This document shows positions 38,956-52,638 of a stretch of DNA of 64,000 bases, piece after piece. The notes under the pieces were generated by a model, which worked only from the letters and a program-made list of their open reading frames with translations, was not told the origin of the DNA and searched no databases. Within the stretch, counting starts at the first letter, position 1. Every line of letters starts with the position of its first letter. Position numbers and translations under genes: made by a program. The DNA is from Octopus bimaculoides. Its lineage: Eukaryota. Where the stretch lies: NCBI RefSeq assembly GCF_001194135.2, contig NC_068991.1, positions 12,967,445-13,031,444 on the forward strand. Direction: 5' to 3'.

Positions 38956-41370
38956 TAAATACCTCATAGCATTTTGCTTATCCTAATGTTCCTAGCAAAA
39001 AATTATTCTGGGCTCTACAGCCTGCAAAATTATAAGTGTATATAACTCTTGACCATTTAGGAATTTATAGTGAAATGTAATCTGTTTGTTATAACCCCAG
39101 ATTAACCATTATTGAGCAGACATATTATCAAAGGTAATCCAATGACAATCCCATTCTTATTCAGGCATAGTGTAACTTGGATTATGTTATACAGTATGTC
39201 TTTCTTTTTCTCACCCCTTAGCATTCAGATTACTATGCCAAATGTAATGCCTATATATTCTTATTGTTTTGAATTAATCATGTATTATCTCATAGCTTCA
39301 AGCTTTCACTGATGTGTTTGTTTATTTTTAGACTGTCATTGTCGGGTAGGTGTGAGAGGTCAAATCTGGCCAGTTGGCATGTTAAACGGGTAGAATATTT
39401 TGACTGGATATGGATGGTTTAAATGTGAAAGGGTTAAGATGCTACTGTGTGTAATTTGAAAGTGATTTGGTGACTGTTTATAGCAAGTTGAATAACAGTT
39501 GGAAGGGCATCCTACTGTAGAAACTGCCAGATCAGATTGGAGTCTGGTGTAGCCATCCTCTTTACCAGTCCCCAGTCAAATCGTCCAACCCATGCTAGCA
39601 TGGAAGGCAGACGTTAAGTGATGATGATATATATATATATTTGTGCAATACTTGAAAGAATAAAAATTCTTATAAGTATTGAAGTCAATATATGTTTTAT
39701 GTAAACATTTATTCGTGAGATAAAATTGCTATTATAACGAAGTTTGGTCTTCTACTTTATTGACAGATATATTAACATGGCAAGTTATGCAAAGCTACAA
39801 ATTAAAATTCACAAAGCTTGTATCTGTTATATCGTAATTATGCTTTAAAAAATTACATAGAATTTCTGTTTTCTAATTATAGTTGGTAAATGGCCAAGTT
39901 GGTTTATTGCTTGTCTGTATTTATGAGCTGGACTATATAACTACATTGAATCACTTCTATTTCTGTCGACATTGTTTCAACCAGTTGTAGACCTATTTGC
40001 AGAAATGTGGCACTTAAACCAGATCAAAGAATATCATACCACTTGAAGCAAAAGCATAAATGAATTATATAATAAAACCATAAAGCAAATAATTAATTAA
40101 TTACTGTACATATTGGCATGCAAGGTAAATAAGATGACTCTAAAAATTTCCTCAGAATGTTTGTGTTGAAATCTCTGTACAAATTTCACTTATTTACTAC
40201 TAAGCTTATTTTTGAGATTATGGAAGCATAAAAATCACAGCAGCTATTTTTCTTTACTCTAATTCATGAACAAGGCAACTGGTTAAATTGTTTATTATGT
40301 TTGCATCAGTCTTCAGTTTTCAATGACCACAACAGTAAGGTTTTACTAAGATAAGTTTATGTAAAATTCTACATTAACACATTGTCATTAGAGCCAGACC
40401 AATCACTTCACAATATTTTTGTCACTAAAGGTTCAGATTTTATTTGTTTCTCACTTATTAAGACAAGCAATCTTTTATTTCGTCGTTTTGGATTTCAATA
40501 GCTTCAAATATCGCACTGTAAAAATATATATAAATTTGTTAATATTAAATATTTTATAAGCATCAATCAAAGATAGATAAAATGGTACACTGTAGAAGTG
40601 TGCTTGGTCGTTTTGGTGCAAGGGTTAGCATGGTCATTTGGGTTACAAGTCTGGTACAATTCTTGTCGGTTCTGTGAACATTTTTTCTATCTTGGATTCA
40701 TGTTTATAGAGGATTTAACGTAATGTTTGTAATTGAAAATCTTAACCATTTACTTTGATAATGTAAATATAGGCTTTAAAATTCATGGAGATTGCAGGAT
40801 AGTCTGACAGTTGAAGGATTTGTATCTTAATCAGTTTCAGTGCAGTTAGAATTTTATACAATTCCTAAGATCTAGTTAAATGCAGTATAAAATTTAAGAA
40901 AATAGTTGTTTGTCTTTGTCACAGGTAGGGATCAAGGGTAAAAGTAGACAGACCAGAGTTGAATGCTCAACATTTCTTAAGTTGCAGACTATACATTATG
41001 GAAGCAGATGTTAGAAAAGCCTAAATAAAATACATTTTTTTTATAGAATTAATTCAGTGATTGTCTATGTATTAATTAATATGATGCGTTATGTAATTTC
41101 TCATATTTATTGTGAAATCTAACCCAAAGAGAAATCTAACTCCATATACAAAATGCAACAGACATTGTTAATAAAATCGTTCAGGCATTACTGTGTGGTT
41201 ACTTTCTTAACCTTATGGTTCTGGGTCACTCCCACAGGTGCCTTCTGCAATTGCTTCATATTAACCTATGCCTTGTCAGTGAACTGTGGTAGACAGGAGA
41301 TTGTGTGTGTGTGTGTGTGTATGTGTGTGTGTGTTTCACTAGTTTTAAAAGGAAACCAGAAACCCCAGTG

Positions 41371-41407
<37 letters not shown>

Positions 41408-42390
41408 GATATCTCTTGTCAAATAAGGGAGACCATTGACCCAATGATTGACCTTATGGAAAACTGCAACCAATAATGCTATTGTTCACCAGTTTGATAT
41501 GAAATAATATGTATACTGGTTTGTGTGTGTAGTTACTCTATTTTCAATGTTTTTGTATGTTTAAAAACTTTTAAAAAATACTATATATTGTTAATACATT
41601 TTTATACCCACAAGTTAAAACAAAAAGCAAAATATAATTATTTGTTACCATATAAAGGTAAAGGTCAAGGAACATTAGTGATCGATTTAAGCATTTTAGT
41701 GTTCCAAGTAAACTGCAAAGCATCTCTTGTGAAAATATAGAGCAAAACATTGATAAGTATGATAAAACTGGAATGTACTTATGTATGCAATGCAACATCT
41801 ATAAGGAAAGTTGTTCATTAGTATATATATATATATAATAATAATATTAGGGATAAAATCCAAAATTACAGGTAAAAACTCAATTAAAATCAATTTATTA
41901 AAAATTAAAATTAAATTAAGTTTCACAGAGTAAAATATACATAAATATATAGTTTTAGGGAAAAGAACCAAGGTTCAAGGTATATGTGACAGTGAATTTT
42001 CATCGATGAGTTCATGAACCTTGGTTCTTTTCCCTGAAACTATATATATATATAAATATAGATATATAAATAGATAGATGAGGCTGCATGATAAAACAGC
42101 AAGAAATTAACAAAAATATATGGCAAAATTCTGAAAGAAATTAATCAAACAAAAAATGCATACAGCAGTTCAGGATATAGAAAACGCCATATGCAGATAT
42201 TCTACAGTTAAAGAGAGATATTGATAAATCACCAAGAAACATTTATGAAACAATATGTACTCAGCTTTTGCTAATATAATCGACATCTCTATCATGATGA
42301 ATTAGACACAGTTTATATAAATAAACAAAGCATACTTTACAAAGGGAAAATTGCTCTCTCTCTCTCTCTCTCTCTCTCTCNNNNNNNNNN

Positions 42391-42436
<46 letters not shown>

Positions 42437-43100
42437 CACAGCCATACAAAAGGTTAAATTTCTTGACCTCTCACAATATGCACTTAGTCCACTTCAAATT
42501 ATACTCCTCAGTCTTGGTACCGACTTCCACTTAACGACTAAAGTATGATCATAATAATGGTTTCAAAGTTTGGTACAAGGCCATCAGTTGTGAGTCGATT
42601 GCATCGATCCTGAAAGGATGAAAGATAAAGTTGATATTGGTAGAATTTGAACTCAGGATGTATAAAGACGGATGAAATGTTGCCGAGAGTTTTGTCTGGC
42701 ATGCTAACGATTCTGTCTGTTCAGTGGCTTAGAAAAAAAAAAAAAAATCTTTATTGCCCACAAGGGGCCAGGGGACAAACAAGGACAGACACAGGGACTA
42801 AGTCGATTACATCGACTCCAGTGCGTAACTGGTACTTATTTAATCGACCCCGAAAGGATGAAAAGCAAAGTCGACCTCGGCGGAATTTGAACTCAGAACG
42901 GATGGTTTCAAATGGCCAGTAGTTTTAGGTGGGTGGAGACTAGTTGATTGCATCTTCTAACCTTAACCCAATGCTCAATTAACTGATACTTTATTTTATC
43001 AACCCAGAAAGGATGAAAGGTAAAGTAGGCCTTAGTAAAATTTGAACTCAGATCATGAGGAGGATGCCATAAATGGCACTAAACATTTTGTCCAACATGC

Positions 43101-43147
<47 letters not shown>

Positions 43148-43820
43148 ATAAAATAAAATGTTAAAATCAAATTACTCTACTAAATCTTAGAAAATATCTG
43201 ATATAGAATCATTATAATGGACAGTGACAATAAATTTCAAGACTTAATTCAAATCAAGTGTTGTATGAATAAGTGCCCATGCAACACTAAGTAAATACTC
43301 AGTATGAAACTTAAACAAATGCAGCATGAGTTGAAGGATAAAGACAAACTCATAATATGTAGGAATGACAGAAGTAATTTATTTGTCAAATATATTAGTT
43401 TTGGATTGAAGATAAATATATATTGTAAAATTTAGTAAAATTCGTAATGGCAAAAACAAATTTACAAGGGTTCAGGAAGATAAGTTACTCATTTCAAAAG
43501 TAAACTGAATAAAGTAATCATACTGATAAATACAATGTTCGGAACTCCTTATTTTTCCTGCACTGAGGGAGAATTCACTTCTAGTGTAGTAAGAAAATAC
43601 ACAAACGACAGAATCCTACTGGCTCATATTATCTCAAATAAATACACTTGCACACGGAGTCACTCAACAATTAGACATTAAACATTATGTACTGGAAAGA
43701 CCTTAATTATATACGTTCATCTGAAGAGTTCTTAGAGGTCTTAGAAGAAACCAACAAACTAGGTTAACGCCTCCACTTTAGGTCATAGAAAGTGTGTTTA
43801 CCAATATTTCAGTGGCAGAG

Positions 43821-44032
43821 AAGGCGGCGAGCTGGCAGAATCGGTAACACACCAGGCAAAATGCTTAGTGGTATTTCATTTGTCTTTACATTCTCAGTTC
43901 AAATTCCACCGAGGTCAACTTTGCCTGTCATCCCATTGGGGGTTGATCAAATAAGTACCAGTTGAGCACTGAAACCGATGAAACTGCCCAGCCCCTTGTC
44001 CCCGAATTGCTGGCCTTGTGTCAAAATTTGAA
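43821..44032 (+). mobile_element. Family-B-related SINE inserted in the PLE RT region
   Basis: Degenerate 20-bp TSD (17/20 identical) at 43800-43819 and 44033-44052. Confidence 0.82.
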
Positions 44033-44090
44033 ACCAGTATTTCATTGCCAGAAACAAAAACTATATTAAATTTACATAAACATTAAAGAA

Positions 44091-44436
44091 TAGGTGCAGG
44101 ATTGGCTGTGTGGTCCCGGGTTCAGTCCCACTGTGTGGCACCTTGGGCAAGTGTCTTCTACTATAGCCTCGGGCCAACCAAAGCCTTGTGAGTGGATTTG
44201 GTAGACGGAAACTGAAAGAAGCCTGTCATATATATATGTGTATGTCTGTTTGTCCCCCCAACATCGCTTGACAACCGATGGTGGTGTGTTTACGTCCCCG
44301 TAATTTAGCAGCTTGGCAAAAGAGACCGATAGAATAAGTACTAGGCTTACAAAGAATAAGTCCTGGGGTCGATTTGCTCGACTAAAGGTGGTGCTCCAGC
44401 ATGGCCGCAGTCAAATGACTGAAAGAAGTAAAGAGA
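44091..44436 (+). mobile_element. SINE family A inside the PLE
   Basis: Similarity to other copies. Confidence 0.88.
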
Positions 44437-45173
44437 AAGATACCATACTAAAGAAAGATCTCAATGTACAATAGAAGAACACCCTCTCTGCTAACGAGTT
44501 AAATTATATAAGCACACAAAGAACTTCTTGGCATTTCAAACGGCCACAACAAAGAAATGAACTAGTACCAAGACTTAAATTCATTGACGCTAGGTACTGA
44601 ATGATCTATTCATCATAGCAGATACAGTGGAGGACGTCAAGAAATTAAAGAAAGCCCTAAAATTCAACATATATGGAATAGTATAAATAAGACACTTGAC
44701 GCTACAGTTTCATTTCTAAACATAAACATTCTGATAGAAAGAAAGCAACAGAAGCGTTATGTCCATTTATACCAAAAGACAGAAATAACTGTATGTATTT
44801 ATTTATTTGGTGACTGTAAATAAAGTTACTTGGACATAAATATGAAATATTAATGTTAAAATTCTTACTTGGTAGAACTTTGTACATTCTCCCTCACAAA
44901 CAAAACACCGGATAAGGAAATCCGGGGAATAAAACAAACACCGGTCAACAATAGGTATTATAACAAAGTAATAGACCAAGTAGATGAACAATACGGGAAG
45001 AATACGATACAACAAATAATACATCAGACACCACACCTAAAAAACAGAAGTATGAAGCCCATGCAAAATGCATTATATGAATTAGGTCTATATTAGATAT
45101 AAAATAGAATGAACACATGATTAAAAAGCTTGTAAAACAAAATATAAATATATCATACCAAACGATAAACTAA

Positions 45174-45565
45174 CTCTTTTACTTGTTTCAGTCATTTGAC
45201 TGTGGCCATGCTGGAGCACCGCCTTTTAGTTGAGCTAATCGACTCCAATACTTATTCCTTGTAAGCCTAGTACTTATTCTATCGATCTCTTTTGCCGAAC
45301 TGCTAAGTTACGGGGGACGTAAACACACCAGCATCTGTTGTCAAGCGATGTTGGGGGGACAAACACAGACACATACACATATATATATCTACATATATAC
45401 GGCGGGCTTCTTTCAGTTTCCCTCCACCAAATCCACTCACAAGGCTTTGGTTGGCCAGAGGCTATAGTAGAAGACACTTGCCCAAGGTGCCACGCAGTAG
45501 GACTGAACCCAGAACCATGTGGTTGGTAAGCAAGCTACTTACCACACAGCCACTCCCACGCCTAT
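45174..45565 (-). mobile_element. SINE family A inside the PLE
   Basis: Similarity to other copies. Confidence 0.88.
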
Positions 45566-46123
45566 GGCTAATTAATATAAAAATACTAAAATTAAGAACT
45601 TTTCTTTTAAGCAACAAATCGCATGCATGCAAATCCACAAACAAGCTCCTAATGACTAATGTGATTATAAATTTGACTGCAAACATGAATGTTGTAAATT
45701 TCATATTTTAGCTGTTATGTTGGCCATACAAATATGCTGTTCTCCTGCTGACTCATCATGCAATGGAGCAGTTGCACTGCATGATACTACACAAGTTAAG
45801 CAAAGCTAAATAGGAAAACATTGGACGCATTTATATTCTAAAGAATTCTCCTACAAAAGGATTAGTACAGTCCATTGATGAAATAACATGCAGACAACAT
45901 ACATGAGTTTACCAAGAGAAAGCAAAAACAAAGAAACCCCTGATTGATGACATAAATCTTTAACAGTCAGAGATCAAATTTCTGTGGTTAATGTTGTGTA
46001 TTGTTTACATTGTTCTTGTCCACTATAAAGAAGCAGCAACATATGCCAACATCACTTCATCCTGAAGACGAGACTGTGAAAGTCCAGAAATGTTCAGGAT
46101 GGGTTTGGAAACTTTTCTGTTAC

Positions 46124-46462
46124 TCTTTCTCTTTACTCTTTTACTAGCTTCAGTCATTTGACTGCGGCCATGCTGGAGCATCGCCTTTTAGTCGAGCAAA
46201 TCAACCCCAGGACTTATTCTTTGGAAGCCTAGTACTTATTCTATCGGTCTCTTTTGCCGAACCGCTAAGTTACGGGGACGTAAACACACCATCGGTTGTC
46301 AAGCGATGCTGGGGGAACACACACACACACACACGATGGGCTTCTTTCAGTTTCCGCCTACCAAATCCACTCACAAGGCTTTGGTCGGCCCAAGGTGCCA
46401 CGTAGTGGGAATGAACCCGGAACTATGTTGTTGGTAAGCAAGCTACTTACCACACAGCTATC
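46124..46462 (-). mobile_element. SINE family A
   Basis: Similarity to other copies. Confidence 0.85.
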
Positions 46463-47246
46463 CCTTCATATATAAACTGTTGCATATAAACTGCTAAGAA
46501 CTCATATAAAAAAGTTTCTTGAAAAAACCTTGGTGTAAAAGATAAAATAAGATCACAGTTGTACATTGAACAAAATTGTATGTGTGTGTGAGAGGGAGAG
46601 AAAACAAAAATATCTCATATTCTGTACATGTAATTCATTTAATAATTGTCTTTCACAATATCTCATTTAGAAGGTGGGAAAATATTTCTTTGTAACAATT
46701 TTAATTGATGGTAAATTGATTGACAATATTAAAAGCAATGTATTTCTGAAATCTTTAATTTGTAGAGCATGCATTATTCATCTGGAATATTTAACAAGCA
46801 CTTCAAGAAATTAAGAAATACTGAATAAATAGCAGTTTGAAAATTCACTTAATTAAGCAACAAACACAAGTGTTGGTGCTCTGTAGATTTTTGATGATAT
46901 GAATGAGTGAGGTGTTGGAGTGGACAAGTCTCTGTTTTTCCATGCTAGCTAGAATCGGTTGAATGGAAACTGATTTTGAGGAAGGATTTTATGATTGGGT
47001 GCTATTCCAGTTACCAACTCTTATCTGTTTTTTTTTTCAAGTAAGGGATTTTTATATTTCACCAGTCTTCAAAAGCACAAAGTGACTTGCCAACAAAGAA
47101 GACCAACATTAGCACTGCCTGGCTTAAACAGTTAAAACTTAGATAAAACTTAGATTTGTTTCGACCAAAGATTGGTCCAGGCCATGTCTAACTTAATAGC
47201 ACCACCTGATTATAAATTAAATATTAACATACATGCACATTTGCGC

Positions 47247-47301
<55 letters not shown>

Positions 47302-48135
47302 GCTTAATACAGTCCCCATCTCTTAAATTCACTCACAAGGCATTGATTTTCTCACGGTGACAGTTGATGAAACTTGTCACACTGTGGGACTGAACTTGAA
47401 GCTACATGATTGCAAAGAAAGTTTTCTAACCGTACAGCTAATCGTTTCAGCTATATATAATTGAAACCCACCTCTAATTTAAAAAATAAGGGTGGGTCAT
47501 AGGATTTTCTAATTTCATAGCACGCCCTTCAATAAATTTAAACAGCCCCTCTTTTTTTGAGTGTATGTGTGTGCACCACAAATCCACAATAATGTCTGTA
47601 GTCTGCTCCACAGATATAACAAATATTTTATGCTCCATTATTTAGCCTTTCAGGTGTGTCTTGATGGAATTGTATTCTCGTTTTGAAATCAATTATAATT
47701 TCAACAGATATCTTTCTACCTGGATAATAATTTATGTGGCAGTTCTCCGCTACTCTCTCAGCCAGAAATTGCACATTGCACGTAGCGTATTAAAACGTCA
47801 TTCTCATTTGGTTGGATGGACTTGTTCCTTCGGGACATAAAGTGATCTCTACTTATTTGTCTGGTGTGGCGATATAGCTATCGACAATACATTCATCATT
47901 GCTCCAATAATTAATTATTCTAGCTATATTCGCTGCATTCTCATAAAGATAATGCTTACAAACATTCACATTTAATCTGTGTAGGTGGACATTCGTTTAT
48001 CATTATTCTCAGTCGGTTTTAATTGGTTTGTTAGAGTAACAGTCATGAAAACAAAAATTGCATATGTAATTTAAAATTTTCAAACCATCAACTTCACCTC
48101 GGGTTCCTTGCTTCTGTAATACATTTCAATCGAGT

Positions 48136-48448
48136 GGAGGCGAAATGGCCCAGTGGTTAGGGCAGCGAACTCACGGTCATAGGATCGCGGTTTCAAATCC
48201 CAGACCGGGCGTTGTGAGTGTTTATTGAGTGAAAACACCTAAAAGCTCCACGAGGCTCTGGCAGGGGATGGTGGCGAACCCTGCTGTACTCTTTCACCAC
48301 AACTTTCTCTCACTCTTACTTCCTGTTTCTGTTGTGCCTGTAATTCAAAGGGTCAGCCTTGTCACACCGTGTCACGCTGAATATCCCCAAGAACTGCGTT
48401 AAGGGTACACGTGTCTGTGGAGTGCTCAGCCACTTGCACATTAAGTTC
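48136..48448 (+). mobile_element. SINE family T (runs into N gap)
   Basis: tRNA-like head with A/B-box-like motifs; body matches the other T copies. Confidence 0.9.
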
Positions 48449-50679
48449 NNNNNNNNNNNNNNNNNNNNNNNNNNNNNNNNNNNNNNNNNNNNNNNNNNNN
48501 NNNNNNNNNNNNNNNNNNNNNNNNNNNNNNNNNNNNNNNNNNNNNNNNNNNNNNNNNNNNNNNNNNNNNNNNNNNNNNNNNNNNNNNNNNNNNNNNNNNN
48601 NNNNNNNNNNNNNNNNNNNNNNNNNNNNNNNNNNNNNNNNNNNNNNNNNNNNNNNNNNNNNNNNNNNNNNNNNNNNNNNNNNNNNNNNNNNNNNNNNNNN
48701 NNNNNNNNNNNNNNNNNNNNNNNNNNNNNNNNNNNNNNNNNNNNNNNNNNNNNNNNNNNNNNNNNNNNNNNNNNNNNNNNNNNNNNNNNNNNNNNNNNNN
48801 NNNNNNNNNNNNNNNNNNNNNNNNNNNNNNNNNNNNNNNNNNNNNNNNNNNNNNNNNNNNNNNNNNNNNNNNNNNNNNNNNNNNNNNNNNNNNNNNNNNN
48901 NNNNNNNNNNNNNNNNNNNNNNNNNNNNNNNNNNNNNNNNNNNNNNNNNNNNNNNNNNNNNNNNNNNNNNNNNNNNNNNNNNNNNNNNNNNNNNNNNNNN
49001 NNNNNNNNNNNNNNNNNNNNNNNNNNNNNNNNNNNNNNNNNNNNNNNNNNNNNNNNNNNNNNNNNNNNNNNNNNNNNNNNNNNNNNCATGTAATTTCAGA
49101 AAATGGTATTTTCAACTTTTATGAACTTCAGTTATTTATTTATTGTTGTTGTTGTCGTCGTCGTCGTCATCATTATTATATTTTCTGCATTTCATTTAAA
49201 CTTTTCTTACCTTTCTATTTAAAGTTTAAATAATTCCATATTCAGAACATCCTTTCCTGTCTCCCCCCAACTCTCTCTCTAACATCGTCTTAATGATGAC
49301 TTGTGAATTGAAAATCAATAATAGAATTTTTTTTTTACTACATTTATAAAAATACATCCCATTGTCTGAGAGGTGTCCTAGAATTTTGGTGACTGCATAA
49401 AGTAAATTATATTGATTTCTATTTTTATCATTGTCTTATTAATTGATGTTATTAATAATTGCTGTAGTTTGTTAAATTATACATTAGATTTTTTAGTTGA
49501 TGGAAAAGTTCCAAGTTGTGGGGAGATTGACTCAAATGAATTTTAGTTTAGTTATCCTCGGTATTAAGTTTAAATACTAAGCTATCTATCCTTCTGAGAC
49601 CGATAAAATAAGTACCAGTAATATACTGGATTGATAGCAAATATTCACCACTGGTTCATATACGTATGTTAAGATGGAGATTTGGCTGGTTTTCTATGTT
49701 GAGTGGTTATATAAAGTTTTCCCTATTGGCTTATTGAATTTGTGGCCATTTGAGGTGCTATCCAGCTATCTAATTAGATTTAAAAACTGGTATCAGGAAA
49801 ATTTTTAAATCAATAGTTTTGATTACAAGTTATCAAAATTCATTCCTTAATGTTTAGTGCTCATAAATTCACTGTAAAAGTAAATAATTAAACTCTTCAG
49901 TTTAAATGCTAATGGTTATGACATTTTAAAATTTTATCCCACCTTTTTTCTATCTCAGGAATATCACATATGCATACATGCACACATGCATATGTCACCT
50001 GTATAATGTAGTTCCTTCCTTTGAATATACAGAAATATATTATTGCTGTGTTTCAAAAATGAGTTTTCCCAGTACATTATCTTATAGAGAAATTTTTCTT
50101 TATAAACATTCCAATCTTGAAGATAATAGATGTATACCTTGCCTTCTTGTGAGTTTTCGTTTACTATCCTCATTTGACAAAAGTGGGCACTAGATATTGT
50201 TATGAAGTCGGCTGCTTTTCCAAATACACCTGAAGCATAATCAATTTAATTTGATGATGTTTAGCTTTAATAATAACCTGATAGCAGTTTAATTGCTTCT
50301 GATTATAAACTTAATGATTATCTTCAATCTCTTATGATATTTTTCTTCTACTCACTCGCTCGTAAAATAAGATTAACAAAAGCCATTATTGTTATAATTT
50401 GTTGTAAAAAATTATTGAAATGGAAAGGTCAATACATCTTTGCTAATTAGCATTAATAATGGATGTTAGTTATCTCTTCATAGATACTAATCATATATAC
50501 AATTTTATTTTTGTGTTATTGACTGTAAAAACATAAAATTAATTTTTCATTTTAATTAGGTACTCAGAATTAAGTTATCAATTTCTTCTATCATTATTTA
50601 ATGAGAGAAATTGTTATATATCGATATTCTGATTTTGTTTTGTCAACGAATGTTATCCTTTTTCTTCTTTTACTTGCAG

Positions 50680-50739
50680 GTTGCTGCCCATGAAACCAAA
50701 AAGGAAAGTGAGAAGGACAAAGAAGACACTATGCCCAGA
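50680..50739 (+). CDS. Exon A of ankyrin-repeat (probable PME-5/TANK-1-type PARP) gene; contains candidate start ATG at 50731
   Basis: Acceptor ttttacttgcag|G and donor AGA|gtaagt; 60 nt, open as VAAHETKKESEKDKEDTMPR; ACTATG has A at -3; phase 0 joins exon B. Whether the first 17 codons are coding or UTR cannot be decided. Confidence 0.7.
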
Positions 50740-52223
50740 GTAAGTAATCATCATCATCATCATCATCATCATCAACATCCCTTTTCCCATGCTGGCATGG
50801 GTTGGACAATTTTGGTGTAGTTTCTACAGCTAGGTACCCTTCTTACTGCCAACCACTTCATAGCATACTGGGTGCATCTTTTTTCATGGCGCCAACACAG
50901 GTGAGATCACCAAGTACCTGCAAGACAAGATCTCTCAATTTAGCGTGTGATATAATATTGAAGGATATGAAAGTATGGTAGAAGGGCCGGAGTTGTTTGT
51001 TGCCTTGCTGAAGATGTGAATACATGTCTTCTTCATCTGGAGAGAGAGAGAGTGATGTGAGGTTAAGGTACAAATTGAAGGTTGGTAAGTAACTTTGCTA
51101 GAATGAAATTAGTGTGACATGATTGGAGATAGGGATCGAGTTGAATGCAGTGAATATCAATTTAAGGAGGGAAAGTGAAGGAAAGGAAATAGGGGTGGGT
51201 CAGGGAGAGTAGTGGGGATACAGTAAGNNNNNNNNNNNNNNNNNNNNNNNNNNNNNNNNNNNNNNNNNNNNNNNNNNNNNNNNNNNNNNNNNNNNNNNNG
51301 TGGGTGGGTGGGTAAACAGTATGTACAATACTTGAGTGAGAAAATATCACAGAAGGTGGATGGAGATAAGTGACTACCTTTATTTGTTTTTAATTAAGAT
51401 GTATACAGAATCATATCAATATAGTTATAGACTCGCTATGAAATTTCAGGTAGTTTGAAAGAAAGATTAAACCAACTGGTTTTGTTCTTATTGCTTAATT
51501 GGATTCACTTACCTGTGCCTTCTGAGATGCCAAACAATAGTAGTAGTAGTCATTGGGTTTAAGTTCGTTTCCCCATTGAGACATGTCTGAATGAGTTTTC
51601 AAAACAAGGGTATCCAGTGTCTTTCAACCAGACATGCTTGCTACACCAATGGTACTTGTTTGCTATTTTGGCCATGGCTTTTCATGACATTAAAAATTAT
51701 AATATTTTGGTTAGCAATCAAATACTTTTAACATGAGCCAAATTTCAAGATGCTTATCTATGCAAGTTATTTAAATTTATTAATAGTGAAAGTGAATTAG
51801 ACGAAAAGATTGATAGAAACTGATAGCTTTGTTCTTGTAGCATAATTTGAATACTTTTGAAGCGTACAGTATTAGATATACTATTGTTTAGTACATGAGT
51901 ACTGAATCGTGACGTGATGTGGAAATATTGTGGAAGTGGAAGGTTGCCAAATGTACAGTGAATGAGCGATAGAATTAGTAAAATGAAAATGAGTGGTACA
52001 ACGAGGTGTTCATCACACTGCCCTGAATGGCAAACAAGGAAAAGGTGAGCAAGAGAATCAAAGGATAAGTGGGTTGGAATAAAAGGCTAAGTTTATGTTG
52101 CTCTAGGGACAATGAAAAATTGGAATAATCTTAATTTCCTTACAAATTAAGATGGAAATAGGGAAATCTTTATGGACTACGGAGTTTTATGATGATATTG
52201 GTGAGAGAAGAACTTCTGGAATA

Positions 52224-52638
52224 CTCTCTCTCTTTACTTGTTTCAGTCATTTGACTGCGGCCATGCTGGAGCACCGCCTTTTAGTTGAGCAAATCGACCC
52301 CCAGGACTTATTCTTTGGAAGCTAGTACTTATTCTATCGGTCACTTTTGCCGAACCACTAAGTTACAGGGACGTAAACACACCACCATCGGTTGTCAAGC
52401 GATGCTGTGGGGGACAAACACAGACGCACAAACATACACACAGACACACATACATATGTATATATACATATATACGATGGGCTTCTTTCAGTTTCCGTCT
52501 ACCAAATCCACTCACAAGGCTTTGGTCGGCCCGAGGCTATAGAAGAAGACACTTGCTCAAGGTGCCATGCAGTGGGAATGAACCCGGAACTATGTGGTTG
52601 GTAAGCAAGCTACTTACCACACAGCCACTCCTGCGCCT
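52224..52638 (-). mobile_element. SINE family A in intron A-B
   Basis: Similarity to other copies. Confidence 0.88.

Larger units (their letters stand above)
42431..46110 (+). mobile_element. Decayed Penelope-like retroelement (PLE), interrupted by several SINEs
   Basis: Frameshifted motifs in PLE order: VKFLDLSQYALSPLQIILLSLGTDF (~42450-42530, cf. V.NLS...LS....LLS.GLNF); RSSEEFLEVL...ESVFTNISVAE (~43715-43820); RY.NDLFII (44592-44617, degenerate YxDD); VSFLNINI...LYQK (~44705-44775); NVI(Y)KFDCKHECC...CYVGHT (45658-45731, GIY-YIG); terminal hairpin 46058-46101. Confidence 0.8.
3832..51299. other. 13 assembly gaps (N runs), first at 3832-4050 and last at 51228-51299; largest 34371-34900, 37924-38709, 48449-49085
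   Basis: N characters; most abut microsatellites or SINEs. Confidence 0.99.

Noticed and set aside
40925-41030. Possible terminal exon VGIKGKSRQTRVECSTFLKLQTIHYGSRC* followed by AATAAA
   Set aside because: No upstream exons could be linked and no homology was recognised.
48136-48210. tRNA-like sequence (also at 58817, 7335 and family A/B heads)
   Set aside because: These are SINE heads followed by SINE bodies, without complete cloverleaf or acceptor stems.
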